Shown piece after piece: positions 20,100 through 29,723 of a stretch of DNA of 64,000 bases. The stretch is from an uncultured bacterium (GTDB lineage: Bacteria; Oederibacteriota; JAAXVQ01; JAUVAV01). The stretch spans positions 160,001 through 224,000 of the forward strand of contig CAVQBK010000003.1 of NCBI GenBank assembly GCA_963710755.1, in the 5' to 3' direction. Within the stretch, counting starts at the first letter, position 1. Each line of letters opens with the position of its first letter. The position numbers and the translations under genes are program-made. Below the pieces are notes generated by a model. The model did not search any database and was not told the DNA's origin. It saw only the letters and a list, made by a program, of their open reading frames with translations.

Positions 20100-21341
20100 T
20101 TAATGATTGTTCAAAGCGATTGGCGGGTGGTCTTTTTCTGACGGAGATGACACCTCGTTTGAGGGTTGATCGTGAAACGGACGCGCGAGATTAAACGGTG
20201 GCGTACTGCCCGGAACTTCCTTTCGCGGGCGTCCGTCATAAACATGCAAAACATGAATGGCTTTGGCCTTGATCAGGGCATAGATGGTGTCGCCCAATTT
20301 GAGGTTCATGCTGTTGCCTGCAGCCGGTGTTATCTCCGCCACCAGCGGGAATCCGCACTCCAGCGTGACAAAACAGGACTGGCCCTGACAGAATAGTTTT
20401 TCAATACGTCCCTGCAACTGGTTTTGGATGGAACTGGTGCATACCGGTTTGGCGGTAAGCGCAATTTCATCAGGATAAATGCACAAGCGTACCCTGGTGC
20501 CCGGTCGTATGGCCGGTGTCAACAGAGCAGCATTGGTTTTGAGCACGCCGCGGGTTGAGGTTGCCCTTGGACCGAAGAGATGGAGGTCTTCCTGCACAGC
20601 GTAATGGAAATGGCACAATTCGATCATGTTCAGATAATGCTTGGGCGAGATGAGATCCGGTGCTGATCCCTTCTCCACCATGTCAAGATAAGGTCCGGTG
20701 GTCACGATAGACCTGTCTTTGATCACCACCAGGGCGCTGGTCAGTTTGAGCATATCGTCCAGGTCATGGCTGATAATAAGCATGGGCAACTGAAACTGGT
20801 TATGGATTTTGAGCAGATAGGAAATGATCTGCATCCTTCTAGGTTTATCCAGATTGGAAAAGGGTTCGTCCAGCAGCAGCAGACGGGGCTGGGCAAGCAA
20901 GGCCCGGCCAATGGCCACCCGCTGCCTTTCCCCTCCGGAGAGTTGGAAACTTTTTTTATCCAGCAGCGCGTCAAGGTCCAACAATGCCGTGACGGCTTCA
21001 AAGGAGATCATCTGCCTCTCGCGCCGGACATAAGGCCGGCTGTAGTTCAGGTTTTGCCGGACCGTCAAATGAGGAAAAAGGTAATGGTCCTGAAACACCA
21101 CGCCCATGCGGCGCTGCTGAGCGGGCCTATTGACTTGCCGGCTGTGATCAAATAAAACCGTATCGTCAAAAGCCAGCAGTCCTGATTGAGGCCTCACCAC
21201 TCCGCAAATCATATTGATCAAAGTAGTTTTACCCGCCCCGGACGGCCCGAAGATGCCGGTAATGCCTTTTTCTATTTCAGCATGGTAATGAAAATAGAGG
21301 CCATTAACCTGATAGCAAAGGTGATCAAGCAGCAGACTCAT
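20100..21341 (-). CDS. modC: Molybdate ABC transporter ATP-binding protein
   Basis: GPSGAGKTT, LSGGERQRVAIGRAL, LLLDEPF and a C-terminal TOBE domain (SIQNQLQG..YALIKA); start ATG 21341. Confidence 0.93.
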   Translation of the reverse strand: MSLLLDHLCYQVNGLYFHYHAEIEKGITGIFGPSGAGKTTLINMICGVVRPQSGLLAFDDTVLFDHSRQVNRPAQQRRMGVVFQDHYLFPHLTVRQNLNYSRPYVRRERQMISFEAVTALLDLDALLDKKSFQLSGGERQRVAIGRALLAQPRLLLLDEPFSNLDKPRRMQIISYLLKIHNQFQLPMLIISHDLDDMLKLTSALVVIKDRSIVTTGPYLDMVEKGSAPDLISPKHYLNMIELCHFHYAVQEDLHLFGPRATSTRGVLKTNAALLTPAIRPGTRVRLCIYPDEIALTAKPVCTSSIQNQLQGRIEKLFCQGQSCFVTLECGFPLVAEITPAAGNSMNLKLGDTIYALIKAKAIHVLHVYDGRPRKEVPGSTPPFNLARPFHDQPSNEVSSPSEKDHPPIALNNH

Positions 21342-22026
21342 TTTTAAGATACGCTCCTTTCCTGGCGGTCCACTCGGAAGCAGCCATGGCCCCAAAGGAA
21401 AGCAACAGGGAGACCACCACCAACCTGGTCACTGCCGCTTCCATGCCCGGGAGCTGCATATTGGCGTAAACCATGAGGGCCAGGGTCTGGGTCTTGCCCG
21501 GGATATTACCGGCCAGCGTGATGGTGGCTCCGAATTCACCGAGGCTGCGGGCAAAAGACAGCACGGCCGCGCTCATCAATCCGGGCCAGGCCATGGGTAG
21601 ACTGATCCGGAAAAAGGTATGCATTGGTGAAGCTCCCAACGTACGGGACACTTTTTCGTAGGTCCGGTCAACCAGCTCAAAAGCCGACCGCATGGAGCGC
21701 ACGGCTAAGGGCAAAGAGACCACCACGGACGCCATGATCAGGGCCGCAAAATTCAAGGTCAGCCTGAGACCCAGGGTTTGGTACAGCCAGTGGCCAAGCA
21801 ATCCGTTTTTACCGAGCAGCAACAGGAGCACATATCCTGTAATCACCGGCGGCGCCACCAGGGGAAAGGACACCAGCGCCTCCAGCAGCGGCTTGGCGGG
21901 CATTGGTTTCCTGGCCAGCATCCACCCCAGGCCTACGGCCAAAGGCAAAGTGATGAGTGTGCTCACCAGGGCCACCCTGACGGTTAAACCGATGACACTC
22001 CATTCCATGGCGGTCATGATCATCAC
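21325..22026 (-). CDS. modB: Molybdate ABC transporter permease
   Basis: PLVAPPVITGYVLL, FARSLGEFGATITLAGNIPGKTQTL. Confidence 0.96.
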   Translation of the reverse strand: MMIMTAMEWSVIGLTVRVALVSTLITLPLAVGLGWMLARKPMPAKPLLEALVSFPLVAPPVITGYVLLLLLGKNGLLGHWLYQTLGLRLTLNFAALIMASVVVSLPLAVRSMRSAFELVDRTYEKVSRTLGASPMHTFFRISLPMAWPGLMSAAVLSFARSLGEFGATITLAGNIPGKTQTLALMVYANMQLPGMEAAVTRLVVVSLLLSFGAMAASEWTARKGAYLKNESAA

Positions 22027-22838
22027 TCCTTGTTAAAAATCGTGAAGCCGTTGTGAGCCAGCACCCTACGGCCGGTGCTGCCCAGAAACATGTCGGTGAA
22101 GACCTGCCCCTCTTTTTTCCCCGCCTTAAGCTTGGCCATATAAAAAACGATGGGCTCATGCAGCTGATCCGGAATGAAGGCAAGGATTTTCACCTTGCTG
22201 GACCGGAAGGCTTCTGTATAGTAAACAATCCCCCAATCGCACTCGGCCAGCTCCACATAATGGAGTACAGCCGACACATCCTTGGCCATGATCGTCCGGC
22301 CTTTAAGCTTATCGAGCCATCCCAGTTGTGACAACACCTGCTGCGTGTAATTACCTACCGGTACATAGGTAGGATCACCGAGGGCAATTTTATCGAGCGT
22401 GATGGATAGAATATCAAAAGCCTTTGAAAAAACAGGCGCCGGAATGGTACTGCTCATGGGCGTTATCATAGCCAGCCTGGTGCCGGCCAAGGCATGTACC
22501 GCCTCAGCGGCCAGCAGGCCTTTGGCCTCCAGATAGTCGACCCATTGGCTGTTGGCGGAAATAAAGACATCGCATTCCGCGCCATTGTCGATCTGCCGGG
22601 CCAGGGTGCCTGAGGAGGCATAGTTCTGCAGGACCCGGCAAGGCTGTTGTTTTTCAAATTGTTGACAAAGCTCTTCCGTGGCCGGCCTGATGCCGGCCGC
22701 AGCAAAAATAGTGATGGGCTGGTGATGGTCCCTCCCCTCTTGGGCAACCGCCGAAGGAACCGGCAGAGACATGATGAACACCAGCATGACGGCCAGGTTG
22801 AGAAAAAGTCGGTCTGACAGTTTGCTTCTCTTGTTCAT
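22023..22838 (-). CDS. modA: Molybdate ABC transporter substrate-binding protein
   Basis: IFAAAG, YASSGTLARQIDNGA..DVFISAN, LGDPTYVPVG, GIVYYTEA. Confidence 0.95.
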   Translation of the reverse strand: MNKRSKLSDRLFLNLAVMLVFIMSLPVPSAVAQEGRDHHQPITIFAAAGIRPATEELCQQFEKQQPCRVLQNYASSGTLARQIDNGAECDVFISANSQWVDYLEAKGLLAAEAVHALAGTRLAMITPMSSTIPAPVFSKAFDILSITLDKIALGDPTYVPVGNYTQQVLSQLGWLDKLKGRTIMAKDVSAVLHYVELAECDWGIVYYTEAFRSSKVKILAFIPDQLHEPIVFYMAKLKAGKKEGQVFTDMFLGSTGRRVLAHNGFTIFNKE

Positions 22839-22893
22839 GGACAGGCTTCCTTAATTAAACCTTTATTTAAAAACCTATAGCAGTATTATTAGA

Positions 22894-22910
22894 AGCATGC
22901 GCCGTGCCAA
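22894..22910 (-). promoter_or_regulatory. Putative sigma54 (-24/-12) promoter for modABC
   Basis: Minus strand reads TTGGCACGGCGCATGCT, close to the consensus TGGCAC-N5-TTGC, about 55 bp upstream of modA. Confidence 0.6.
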
Positions 22911-23446
22911 TCTTTTAGTATCCTTTGAAAAACGGTACCCAAGATGAAAAAGATTTAAAAATAGGATCATAATGGACTAAGCAAGGATGGTGGTTTAGCG
23001 TTCCCCTGAGTGAATCCTACTTAAATGTAGAAAATAGTGAGATTTATATCGGAAGTGTTATTTACAAAAGGCTTAACCTAAGTGGCCGGTGACAACACCC
23101 TGTCTCTTTTGGAGAAAATTAAATTACCCTGCATCTTGGTGATGGAAAGTGAAAAAATCACTGCGGCAATATTAATGAAGGCACCATTGCGCAGCTGACC
23201 CCGGACATGGTAAATACTGAAGTAGCGTTGCAGCGGTCTCAGGGCCGAAGCCGTTGGGCTGTCAGCACTGCGCGAGGGTGCGGAATACTTGGGGTTGGCG
23301 GTGGGTGCGATTTTTTAAACCGCGTCCATTATTATAGACGTAGGAAAAAGCTCTGCGCCTCAACCTTTAAAAACCACGAGTCTGTGTCACCCTGGGATGG
23401 CGATCAAAACAGACTATTACGACACCGTCTCCCTTAGGAGGGTAAG

Positions 23447-23842
23447 TTGAAAACCAGACGACCTGTTCCTCAAGCAGTGGTCTACCTGTTCTTCGTAATC
23501 GGCTTAATTTCCGCAACCGCTTTTCGTCTGTTGATTGTGTTCAAATACCTTTCGCCCCACTTGTTCCGGCCGGTCTGGTACCTGGGGGTCATCGGCTATC
23601 TGGCGTTCTTTCTCTACCGCTTTATTATTACCGAGCGGCGGCGCCATGCTATTTTGGACAGCGGCCTGATTGCCAAGTTATCGGCCGGCAAAACCCTCGA
23701 GCAAGCGGATAAAGAAAACGCCCTTTATCTTTTAAAAAGCGTCATCGCTTCCCGGGAAAACTGGAATTATCTGGCCATCTTTATCCTGTCGCTCATCGCC
23801 ATCGTGATGGATATTATCCTGGCCTCCGTTACCGGCCATTAG
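23447..23842 (+). CDS. Small membrane protein (3 TM), hypothetical
   Basis: AGGAGG RBS before a TTG start; three hydrophobic segments. Confidence 0.75.
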   Translation: MKTRRPVPQAVVYLFFVIGLISATAFRLLIVFKYLSPHLFRPVWYLGVIGYLAFFLYRFIITERRRHAILDSGLIAKLSAGKTLEQADKENALYLLKSVIASRENWNYLAIFILSLIAIVMDIILASVTGH

Positions 23843-23876
23843 CCGTCCTTCCGCATGACCTTGGCTTTAACCGCAA

Positions 23877-24542
23877 TCATAAGCTGTTGCTTCTGGCCAA
23901 GAGCTCTCTCAGTGCGTCAGCAGCAATCCACTTGGCGCTTGTGGCGGGCAATTTTGCAATTTCCCGGGCGGTCTTAATGGCCACCTTGTTTAAAGACCGG
24001 TTGCGTTTGCCTAATTGACGCAGCGCCCAATTGACCGCTTTTTTTACAAAATTTCGGTCATCGTCGGCGCCTTGGATAATCAGAGGAAAGAAAGGCATTA
24101 ACTTGCTGTCCGGCGCTGCTTTGTCATGGACAGCCAAACAGGCCATCAACACATACCCGGCCCGTTTAGTAAATTCATGCGTCCTGCTGGTCCAGGCCTT
24201 GGCCTTGCCATAGGCCAAGGGGGTTTTATCAAATAAATTACTGCAGACCTGATCGCAGATATCCCAGCTGTCAAAGGCTTTGACCCAGGCCTCCATTTGG
24301 CCGGCAGTGACTTTGCCGGCTTCATCAATAAAAGCTGCCAGCAGCCGTGCTTCATGAATTTCCGATGCCCACAGGTCCAGGGCCAAGTCATGTTGCTTGC
24401 CCAACTGTTTGGCCATTTGCCGTAAAAAGAGAATATTAACGCCCAGGGTATTTCTGGGATTGATCCCACAGCGCGCCATGCCCTCAACATTTTTGGGATT
24501 GGCCTGAGCTTTCAGTTGCCTGATGATCTGCTGTGCCTTCAT
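23877..24542 (-). CDS. DNA alkylation repair protein (AlkD-like)
   Basis: LWASEIHEARLLA, FDSWDICDQVC, DDDRNFVKKAVNWALRQLGKRN; start ATG 24542 with a GAGGT RBS. Confidence 0.92.
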   Translation of the reverse strand: MKAQQIIRQLKAQANPKNVEGMARCGINPRNTLGVNILFLRQMAKQLGKQHDLALDLWASEIHEARLLAAFIDEAGKVTAGQMEAWVKAFDSWDICDQVCSNLFDKTPLAYGKAKAWTSRTHEFTKRAGYVLMACLAVHDKAAPDSKLMPFFPLIIQGADDDRNFVKKAVNWALRQLGKRNRSLNKVAIKTAREIAKLPATSAKWIAADALRELLARSNSL

Positions 24543-24678
24543 CCCCGGCACCTCTTTTCTATATAGGTTCTGTTGAGGATCGGATGTTGATTGCCTGAAG
24601 TTTCGGAGGGCAAGTGGCCGTCCTCTACAGCCTTTTTTCAAGGCCACCTCAGGACCGCCATAATACCATGCCCGTCTT

Positions 24679-25572
24679 TTAGCCAAAGAGCCCCAACGCG
24701 CCCAGCAAGGCCGAGGGCCGCAGAGACTGAATGGCGGCCAGTTCGGGAATAATGCCATACCCGCATTGCTCGCACACTTCAGGATACTGCCTGCCCCAGC
24801 AGCATTCAAACACCTGATCCTGCTCCATGAGCTGAATCATGAATACCGGCCGTTGGTAGCGTCCTGTCGCCAGGGCTTTAAGACCGGCCATGGAATTGAG
24901 TATGCGCAGGCCCTGACGTTTGAGGTCCATCACCTTGTGCAGCACTTCTTGTCTTTGGCTGCGGCTGAGGGCCAGGTCTTCCACACCGGGATAAGGCGTG
25001 TGCAGATTAACCGAGATGCCGCGAATGCGGGGTTCCCGGCTCATGGTGCGGATAAAGTCTTCCACCACTTCCTGGTTGTCGCGATTGACCGTAATGTTGA
25101 CGCGCAGGTTGGGATGATGGGAATTGCGGATATGGTGAAGCGTTTTTTGGAAGCTGCCCTGGCCGCGGATGGCATCATGCTCTTTTTCCAAGCCGTCCAG
25201 ACTGACCCAGACCGCATCCGCATCGAGCTCAATGGGAAAAGTGCCATTGGTCACCACGGCCACCCGGAAAAAGCCCATAGCCCGGGCCGCGCGAATCACG
25301 TCATGAATCGTCAGCTCCCCATCGGACCAGGTAAAAATCTCGCCGCCCTGCAAATAGAGAATGCGCGCACCGCGCTGGTACACCAGTTGGAAAATCTCCA
25401 TCAGTCGTGTAAAGGCATAAGGCCCGTGACCCTGGTTGGCCACCACACAATGGCGGCACTCCAGATTACACTCATCGGTGAGGGCGACGCCCGCCACCAG
25501 GGGCTTGTGTTGCCGCAGCACCAAAGCTGTAAGGCCGTAGTATATATAATAGGAAAGCTCTTTGATCGTCAT
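24679..25572 (-). CDS. Radical SAM protein
   Basis: CNLECRHC, LQGGE, VTNGT, VSLDG..HDAIRG.GSF and a C-terminal Cys cluster. Confidence 0.92.
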   Translation of the reverse strand: MTIKELSYYIYYGLTALVLRQHKPLVAGVALTDECNLECRHCVVANQGHGPYAFTRLMEIFQLVYQRGARILYLQGGEIFTWSDGELTIHDVIRAARAMGFFRVAVVTNGTFPIELDADAVWVSLDGLEKEHDAIRGQGSFQKTLHHIRNSHHPNLRVNITVNRDNQEVVEDFIRTMSREPRIRGISVNLHTPYPGVEDLALSRSQRQEVLHKVMDLKRQGLRILNSMAGLKALATGRYQRPVFMIQLMEQDQVFECCWGRQYPEVCEQCGYGIIPELAAIQSLRPSALLGALGLFG

Positions 25573-25706
25573 GCTCTGACCTCAAGGTAAATTCAGCGCT
25601 ATCATGGTACTGGTTCCAAAGTTATAAATCAAGGCCTCAACGCTAGCAGTCGGATGGAGAGCACGCCGGCATCACTATTTTAGTTTGAGTTCAAACATTT
25701 CTGGTC

Positions 25707-25735
25707 TTGACATTGGTTTGTGTCCAAACTATTAT
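25707..25735 (+). promoter_or_regulatory. sigma70 promoter of marR (probably a leaderless transcript)
   Basis: TTGACA (25707-12), 17-bp spacer, TATTAT (25730-35). ATG at 25742 with no RBS. Confidence 0.75.
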
Positions 25736-25741
25736 ACCGTC

Positions 25742-26158
25742 ATGACCACTCCATTTCTAATGCCCCTGCTCTCCCGCCTGCAAGCCCAACTGGCTCGCCG
25801 CCTCACGGCCGGTCTGGCTGCTCAAGACCTGGCGCTTCTGGCGCCGGCTCATGTGGATCTGCTGCTGCAGCTGTCCCAAGAAGACATGACCATGAAACAA
25901 CTGGCTCAAGCCATTGGCCGCGACAAGTCCACGCTCACCCCGCTTATGGAAAAATTAATCCATTGGGGTTATGTAATCCGGCTGCAGGACAGTAAGGACA
26001 AGCGGATCTTCAATGTGTCCATCACCCAGCAAGGCTTAAAACTGATCCCCAAACTCAAAGCCCTGCTGGCCTCATTGGAAGAGGACCACAGCCGCATCCT
26101 CAGCCCCTCTGAAAAAACCACGCTTATTAAATTGCTGGACAAATTAAATCAAAACTGA
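25742..26158 (+). CDS. MarR family transcriptional regulator
   Basis: TMKQLAQAIGRDKSTLTPLMEKLIHWGYVIR..DKR...ITQQG winged-helix motif. Confidence 0.93.
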   Translation: MTTPFLMPLLSRLQAQLARRLTAGLAAQDLALLAPAHVDLLLQLSQEDMTMKQLAQAIGRDKSTLTPLMEKLIHWGYVIRLQDSKDKRIFNVSITQQGLKLIPKLKALLASLEEDHSRILSPSEKTTLIKLLDKLNQN

Positions 26159-26449
26159 TGTTCTTGATTTTAATTTGAACACAAACTTTCAAATTCTGCC
26201 TGCCTATTGATTGATGTTCATTCATATAGTTTGACTCCAAACGTCGTCGTTTTTGTGCCTCAACTTGTTTATTGTTTGATATCAAACTTATAGCGTTTGG
26301 CCTGTTGGCGTATGGTTAGCTGGACAAGCCCATGCGTTATTCCACACTCGGAAAAATCAGTCACACAAAGAAATTTATAAGGCCTTATTTTTAAAAAAGT
26401 GTCTAACCAGAGCCAAGATCAAAATCTTATTTTTGTGGAGGTGCCGATC

Positions 26450-27319
26450 ATGAGGAAGAGAATCTGTTTCGGATGGATGATGGTTGTGGGCGTCATGTCC
26501 CTGCCTATGCTTGTGGCCGCGGAACCGATTTCATTTGAGCAGGCTGCCAATGTGACGGGCAAGGGTGGGATTGAAGCAGGTATTGATTACAGTTATGCTT
26601 ACCAAAAAATCGAGCAGAACGGCATTGTTTTAAACGAAAAAACCTTGGCGGACATGCCCTTATTTGTCCGTGTTGGTCTTCCGGTATTGGAAGCCAAAGT
26701 GTCGCTTCCTTTCGGCAATTTAAAATCAAACATTCCCAACTTAAAAGAAAATAACTTTCAAGGTCTGCAGGACATAGGCGTGCAGGTCAAAACCGGATTG
26801 CTTGCCTTACCGGCCTTCAATCTGGCCTTGGGCGTAAGCACTGTGTTTCCGACTACTGATGCCCAGAAGTATGTGGCCTCAGGCATGGACCTCTTTCCTT
26901 TTGCAGCGGCTGATCTCGACCTCGCACTGGTCAAACTCTATGCTAACCTGGGCTATGAATACCGGGGTGAATACAACAGCACCGATCCTACCGGTGACAC
27001 GGTCAAAATAAATCCCGGCGATGCCATCAGATACGCTCTGGGCGCCGAACTACCGCTCAACGAAGGGTTGTCTTTACATGCTGAGTTATTGGCCAATGCT
27101 TATCGCGCCGCTACGGCCTCGGGCCTGGAGATTCCCGATTCCTCGGTGACCACCTACACCTTTGTTCCCGGCATCCGGATGCGCACGGGACCGCTTAAAC
27201 TGAAATTAGGCTATGAAATTCCCTTGGAGAAAAAAGATACGCGCGACAAGATCGGCAATGTAGCGCCTACCGCCGATTGGCGCGTGCTGGCAGGTGCCAG
27301 CCTGCAATTCTCGATGTAA
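26450..27319 (+). CDS. Putative outer-membrane transporter (beta-barrel)
   Basis: GGAGGT RBS, signal peptide, GLQDIGVQVK..FPT..NLGYEY..INPGD, aromatic C-terminal strand. Confidence 0.75.
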   Translation: MRKRICFGWMMVVGVMSLPMLVAAEPISFEQAANVTGKGGIEAGIDYSYAYQKIEQNGIVLNEKTLADMPLFVRVGLPVLEAKVSLPFGNLKSNIPNLKENNFQGLQDIGVQVKTGLLALPAFNLALGVSTVFPTTDAQKYVASGMDLFPFAAADLDLALVKLYANLGYEYRGEYNSTDPTGDTVKINPGDAIRYALGAELPLNEGLSLHAELLANAYRAATASGLEIPDSSVTTYTFVPGIRMRTGPLKLKLGYEIPLEKKDTRDKIGNVAPTADWRVLAGASLQFSM

Positions 27320-27341
27320 TGGCCTGACGCCACTGCAGGAG

Positions 27342-27396
27342 GGCGGGCCCTTACTTCCCGAGGAGTAACCGTGGGAAGGGGGACCCGCCTTTCTTT
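27342..27396 (+). terminator. Putative intrinsic terminator
   Basis: GGCGGG...CCCGCC stem with an inner TTCCC/GGGAA pair, followed by TTTCTTT. Confidence 0.5.
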
Positions 27397-27762
27397 ATTA
27401 AAGGCTTGCTTTTACAGGGACTGCGGGGAGGGCAGGAAGGAAAGAAAAAGGAACGCCAAGTTTGGTTAAAAACAGAATTCTAACCGTGTTTTGATCTTCT
27501 CCCAATGGCCTATAAAATTTTGTTTGTGACCTAGTGACCGGCACCAATTTTTAGGACCTTACCCATGACCACATCTGAAGCTATAGGCCAGGTGAATATG
27601 GTCTTTGCACACATTATCGTATTATCTAACGACGTCCCCTATGGCCTATTATCCTTAACGCTGCTTAAATAATACGCCTTGGAGAAATGAACAGAAAATG
27701 TTATTTTGTTCATTAAACAGGTCGACGATGGCACCGGCGGATTTCATTCAAAGGAGAAGTGT

Positions 27763-28467
27763 ATGAAAAAATGGCTTCTGATGGGGTTATTATTTATAAC
27801 CGGCTGTTCTTCCTTATCCTCTTTTCAGACAGCCGATACCCTTCCTGCCAACACGTTGTTATTCGGTGCAGGCCACAGTCAAGGTAATTTTAAACTAAAT
27901 GCCGACCGCGGGCTGCTTGATTATGACTATGCATCAAGCCTAATAGAACTATTTAGTCGCGTCGGCGTAATTGACTCTGTGGACGTTGGTATACGGCTTG
28001 TTCCCTTCACGTTCATAGAAGCGGATTTAAAATATCAATTTGTCAAAGAAAGTGGTTCTTTTTTACCAAGCATGGCTATTGGCTATGGAGTAAATTATGG
28101 CGATTACATAAATTTAAAAAAAACGTTATTGCCCAACCCGTGGGATTTTATTTTTACCAATGATGTGCAACAGTTTTATATTAGCGATATATTTTTTCCG
28201 GTTTACATCAGCAAGCACATTTTAGGGAAATTGATGATTTATTCTTCTGCCAAACTACATTACAACCATATACATGTTTATGGGAAAACAGATCCCGTAT
28301 TCCCGTCAGAAGACATCTATAACTTATTGCCTAGCATAAATCTGGGCCTTGCCATTGACTTCAATCGATATTCCATGTTGATGTTGGAATATTCTTACCT
28401 CTGGACTCCAGATGATACGGCTGTCAAAGTCCGTAATATCGGTCTTGCCTTTGTGATAAAACCTTAG
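27763..28467 (+). CDS. Lipoprotein / outer-membrane protein, hypothetical
   Basis: AAGGAG RBS; MKKWLLMGLLFITGC lipobox; beta-strand-rich; visibly AT-richer than its neighbours. Confidence 0.75.
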   Translation: MKKWLLMGLLFITGCSSLSSFQTADTLPANTLLFGAGHSQGNFKLNADRGLLDYDYASSLIELFSRVGVIDSVDVGIRLVPFTFIEADLKYQFVKESGSFLPSMAIGYGVNYGDYINLKKTLLPNPWDFIFTNDVQQFYISDIFFPVYISKHILGKLMIYSSAKLHYNHIHVYGKTDPVFPSEDIYNLLPSINLGLAIDFNRYSMLMLEYSYLWTPDDTAVKVRNIGLAFVIKP

Positions 28468-28665
28468 TTATTGTAGTCAACAGCGTTTATGACATGGACA
28501 ATCCACGATAAGCCGTTGCTCTATTGCAAATTGAAAATTGGCACTTATTTCCCTTCTCATTCAAGCTGAATGTCAGGCACTAAGATCCTTGTTTTTCGCC
28601 TTGTTCACCTCTTCCACCACGGCCGGCGCATAACCCTTGCGTGGCTGACACCTGCTCCCTGGGCT

Positions 28666-29646
28666 TCATGGGGCATTTACCGTAACCATGACATTCCCCT
28701 TTTTATGACCTTTTTCCACATAGCGAAAAGCCTCGGCGATTTGGTCCAGCGTGAACGTTTTATCAACAACTGTTTTTAATTTCCCAGCCTCCATAAGTTC
28801 CTTCAGAAATCGCAATCCTTCTAAAGTTGGAACCGACATGCCGCCTTTAATTTTTTTGCCATGGCTTATCATGGCCATTAAATCTCCAAAATGGGTTATG
28901 GTCATCAAATAAACACCTTGTGGCGCCAATAAATGTTTACACTGGGAAAAGGAGAGCTTACCCACGACATCAAAAATAACGTCATAGGTTTCATTGGTTT
29001 GGGTAAAGTCCGTTTTGGTATAATCAATAACCTTATCCGCTCCAAGCGATGTTACCATCTGCAGATTGGCGGTACTGCATACACCGGTAACTTCTGCACC
29101 ATAGTATTTGGCCAGTTGAACCGCAAAGGTGCCAATGGCGCCCGAGGCGCCGTTGATCAGGACTTTTTGGCCGGCCTTAACTTTTCCTGAATCCCTGATA
29201 AAATACAATGCCGTGATCCCAGCCAGATTCACGGCTGCAGCTTCATTCCAGGTGATGGCGCTTGGTTTGGCCAATAACAGTCCATTTTCCGGGAGGCAGA
29301 TATATTCCGCATGAGTGCCCATTTTAAGATTGGGCGTTCCAAAAACTTCATCCCCCGGTTTAAACCGTTTAACCGCTTTACCCACAGCTTCGATCGTTCC
29401 TGCAAAATCAAGTCCCAGCGTTTTAATCCTGGGTTTGAAAATGCCAAACATCAATCGTGCCGGCAGACGAAACACCCCCGATACAAAGGTTAAATTGCGC
29501 ACATTGCAATCCGAGCTGGTGACCGTGGTGGTATGGATTTTTATTAATACTTCATTGTCTTTAGGAACAGGCTTATTCACCTCAACCAATTGAAGTTCCT
29601 CAGGTGGACCGTATTTTGTATGAAGCACGGCTTTCATTTGCATCAC
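28666..29646 (-). CDS. NAD(P)-dependent MDR-family oxidoreductase (quinone reductase / alcohol dehydrogenase-like)
   Basis: MKAVLHTKYGPPE, VLINGASGAIGTFAVQLAK, LGADKVIDY, GHKKGNV. Confidence 0.93.
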   Translation of the reverse strand: MMQMKAVLHTKYGPPEELQLVEVNKPVPKDNEVLIKIHTTTVTSSDCNVRNLTFVSGVFRLPARLMFGIFKPRIKTLGLDFAGTIEAVGKAVKRFKPGDEVFGTPNLKMGTHAEYICLPENGLLLAKPSAITWNEAAAVNLAGITALYFIRDSGKVKAGQKVLINGASGAIGTFAVQLAKYYGAEVTGVCSTANLQMVTSLGADKVIDYTKTDFTQTNETYDVIFDVVGKLSFSQCKHLLAPQGVYLMTITHFGDLMAMISHGKKIKGGMSVPTLEGLRFLKELMEAGKLKTVVDKTFTLDQIAEAFRYVEKGHKKGNVMVTVNAP

Positions 29647-29723
29647 CCCCTTTTTTTTCGGGTCAGCTGCTCTGCCCTCTTCAACATCCTAACCCGCTAT
29701 TCCTGCGCCTATAGTTATAATCG

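Larger units (their letters stand above)
25683..26287. promoter_or_regulatory. Five palindromic GTTTG-N4-CAAAC boxes (putative MarR operators)
   Basis: Copies at 25683-96, 25716-29 (inside the promoter spacer), 26173-86 (ATTTG variant), 26229-42 and 26274-87. Confidence 0.75.

Noticed and set aside
23160-23440. Possible Moco riboswitch or small ORF (23207..23437) upstream of modA
   Set aside because: I could not identify the Moco-RNA consensus or convincing stems, and the ORF has no RBS or recognisable motif.
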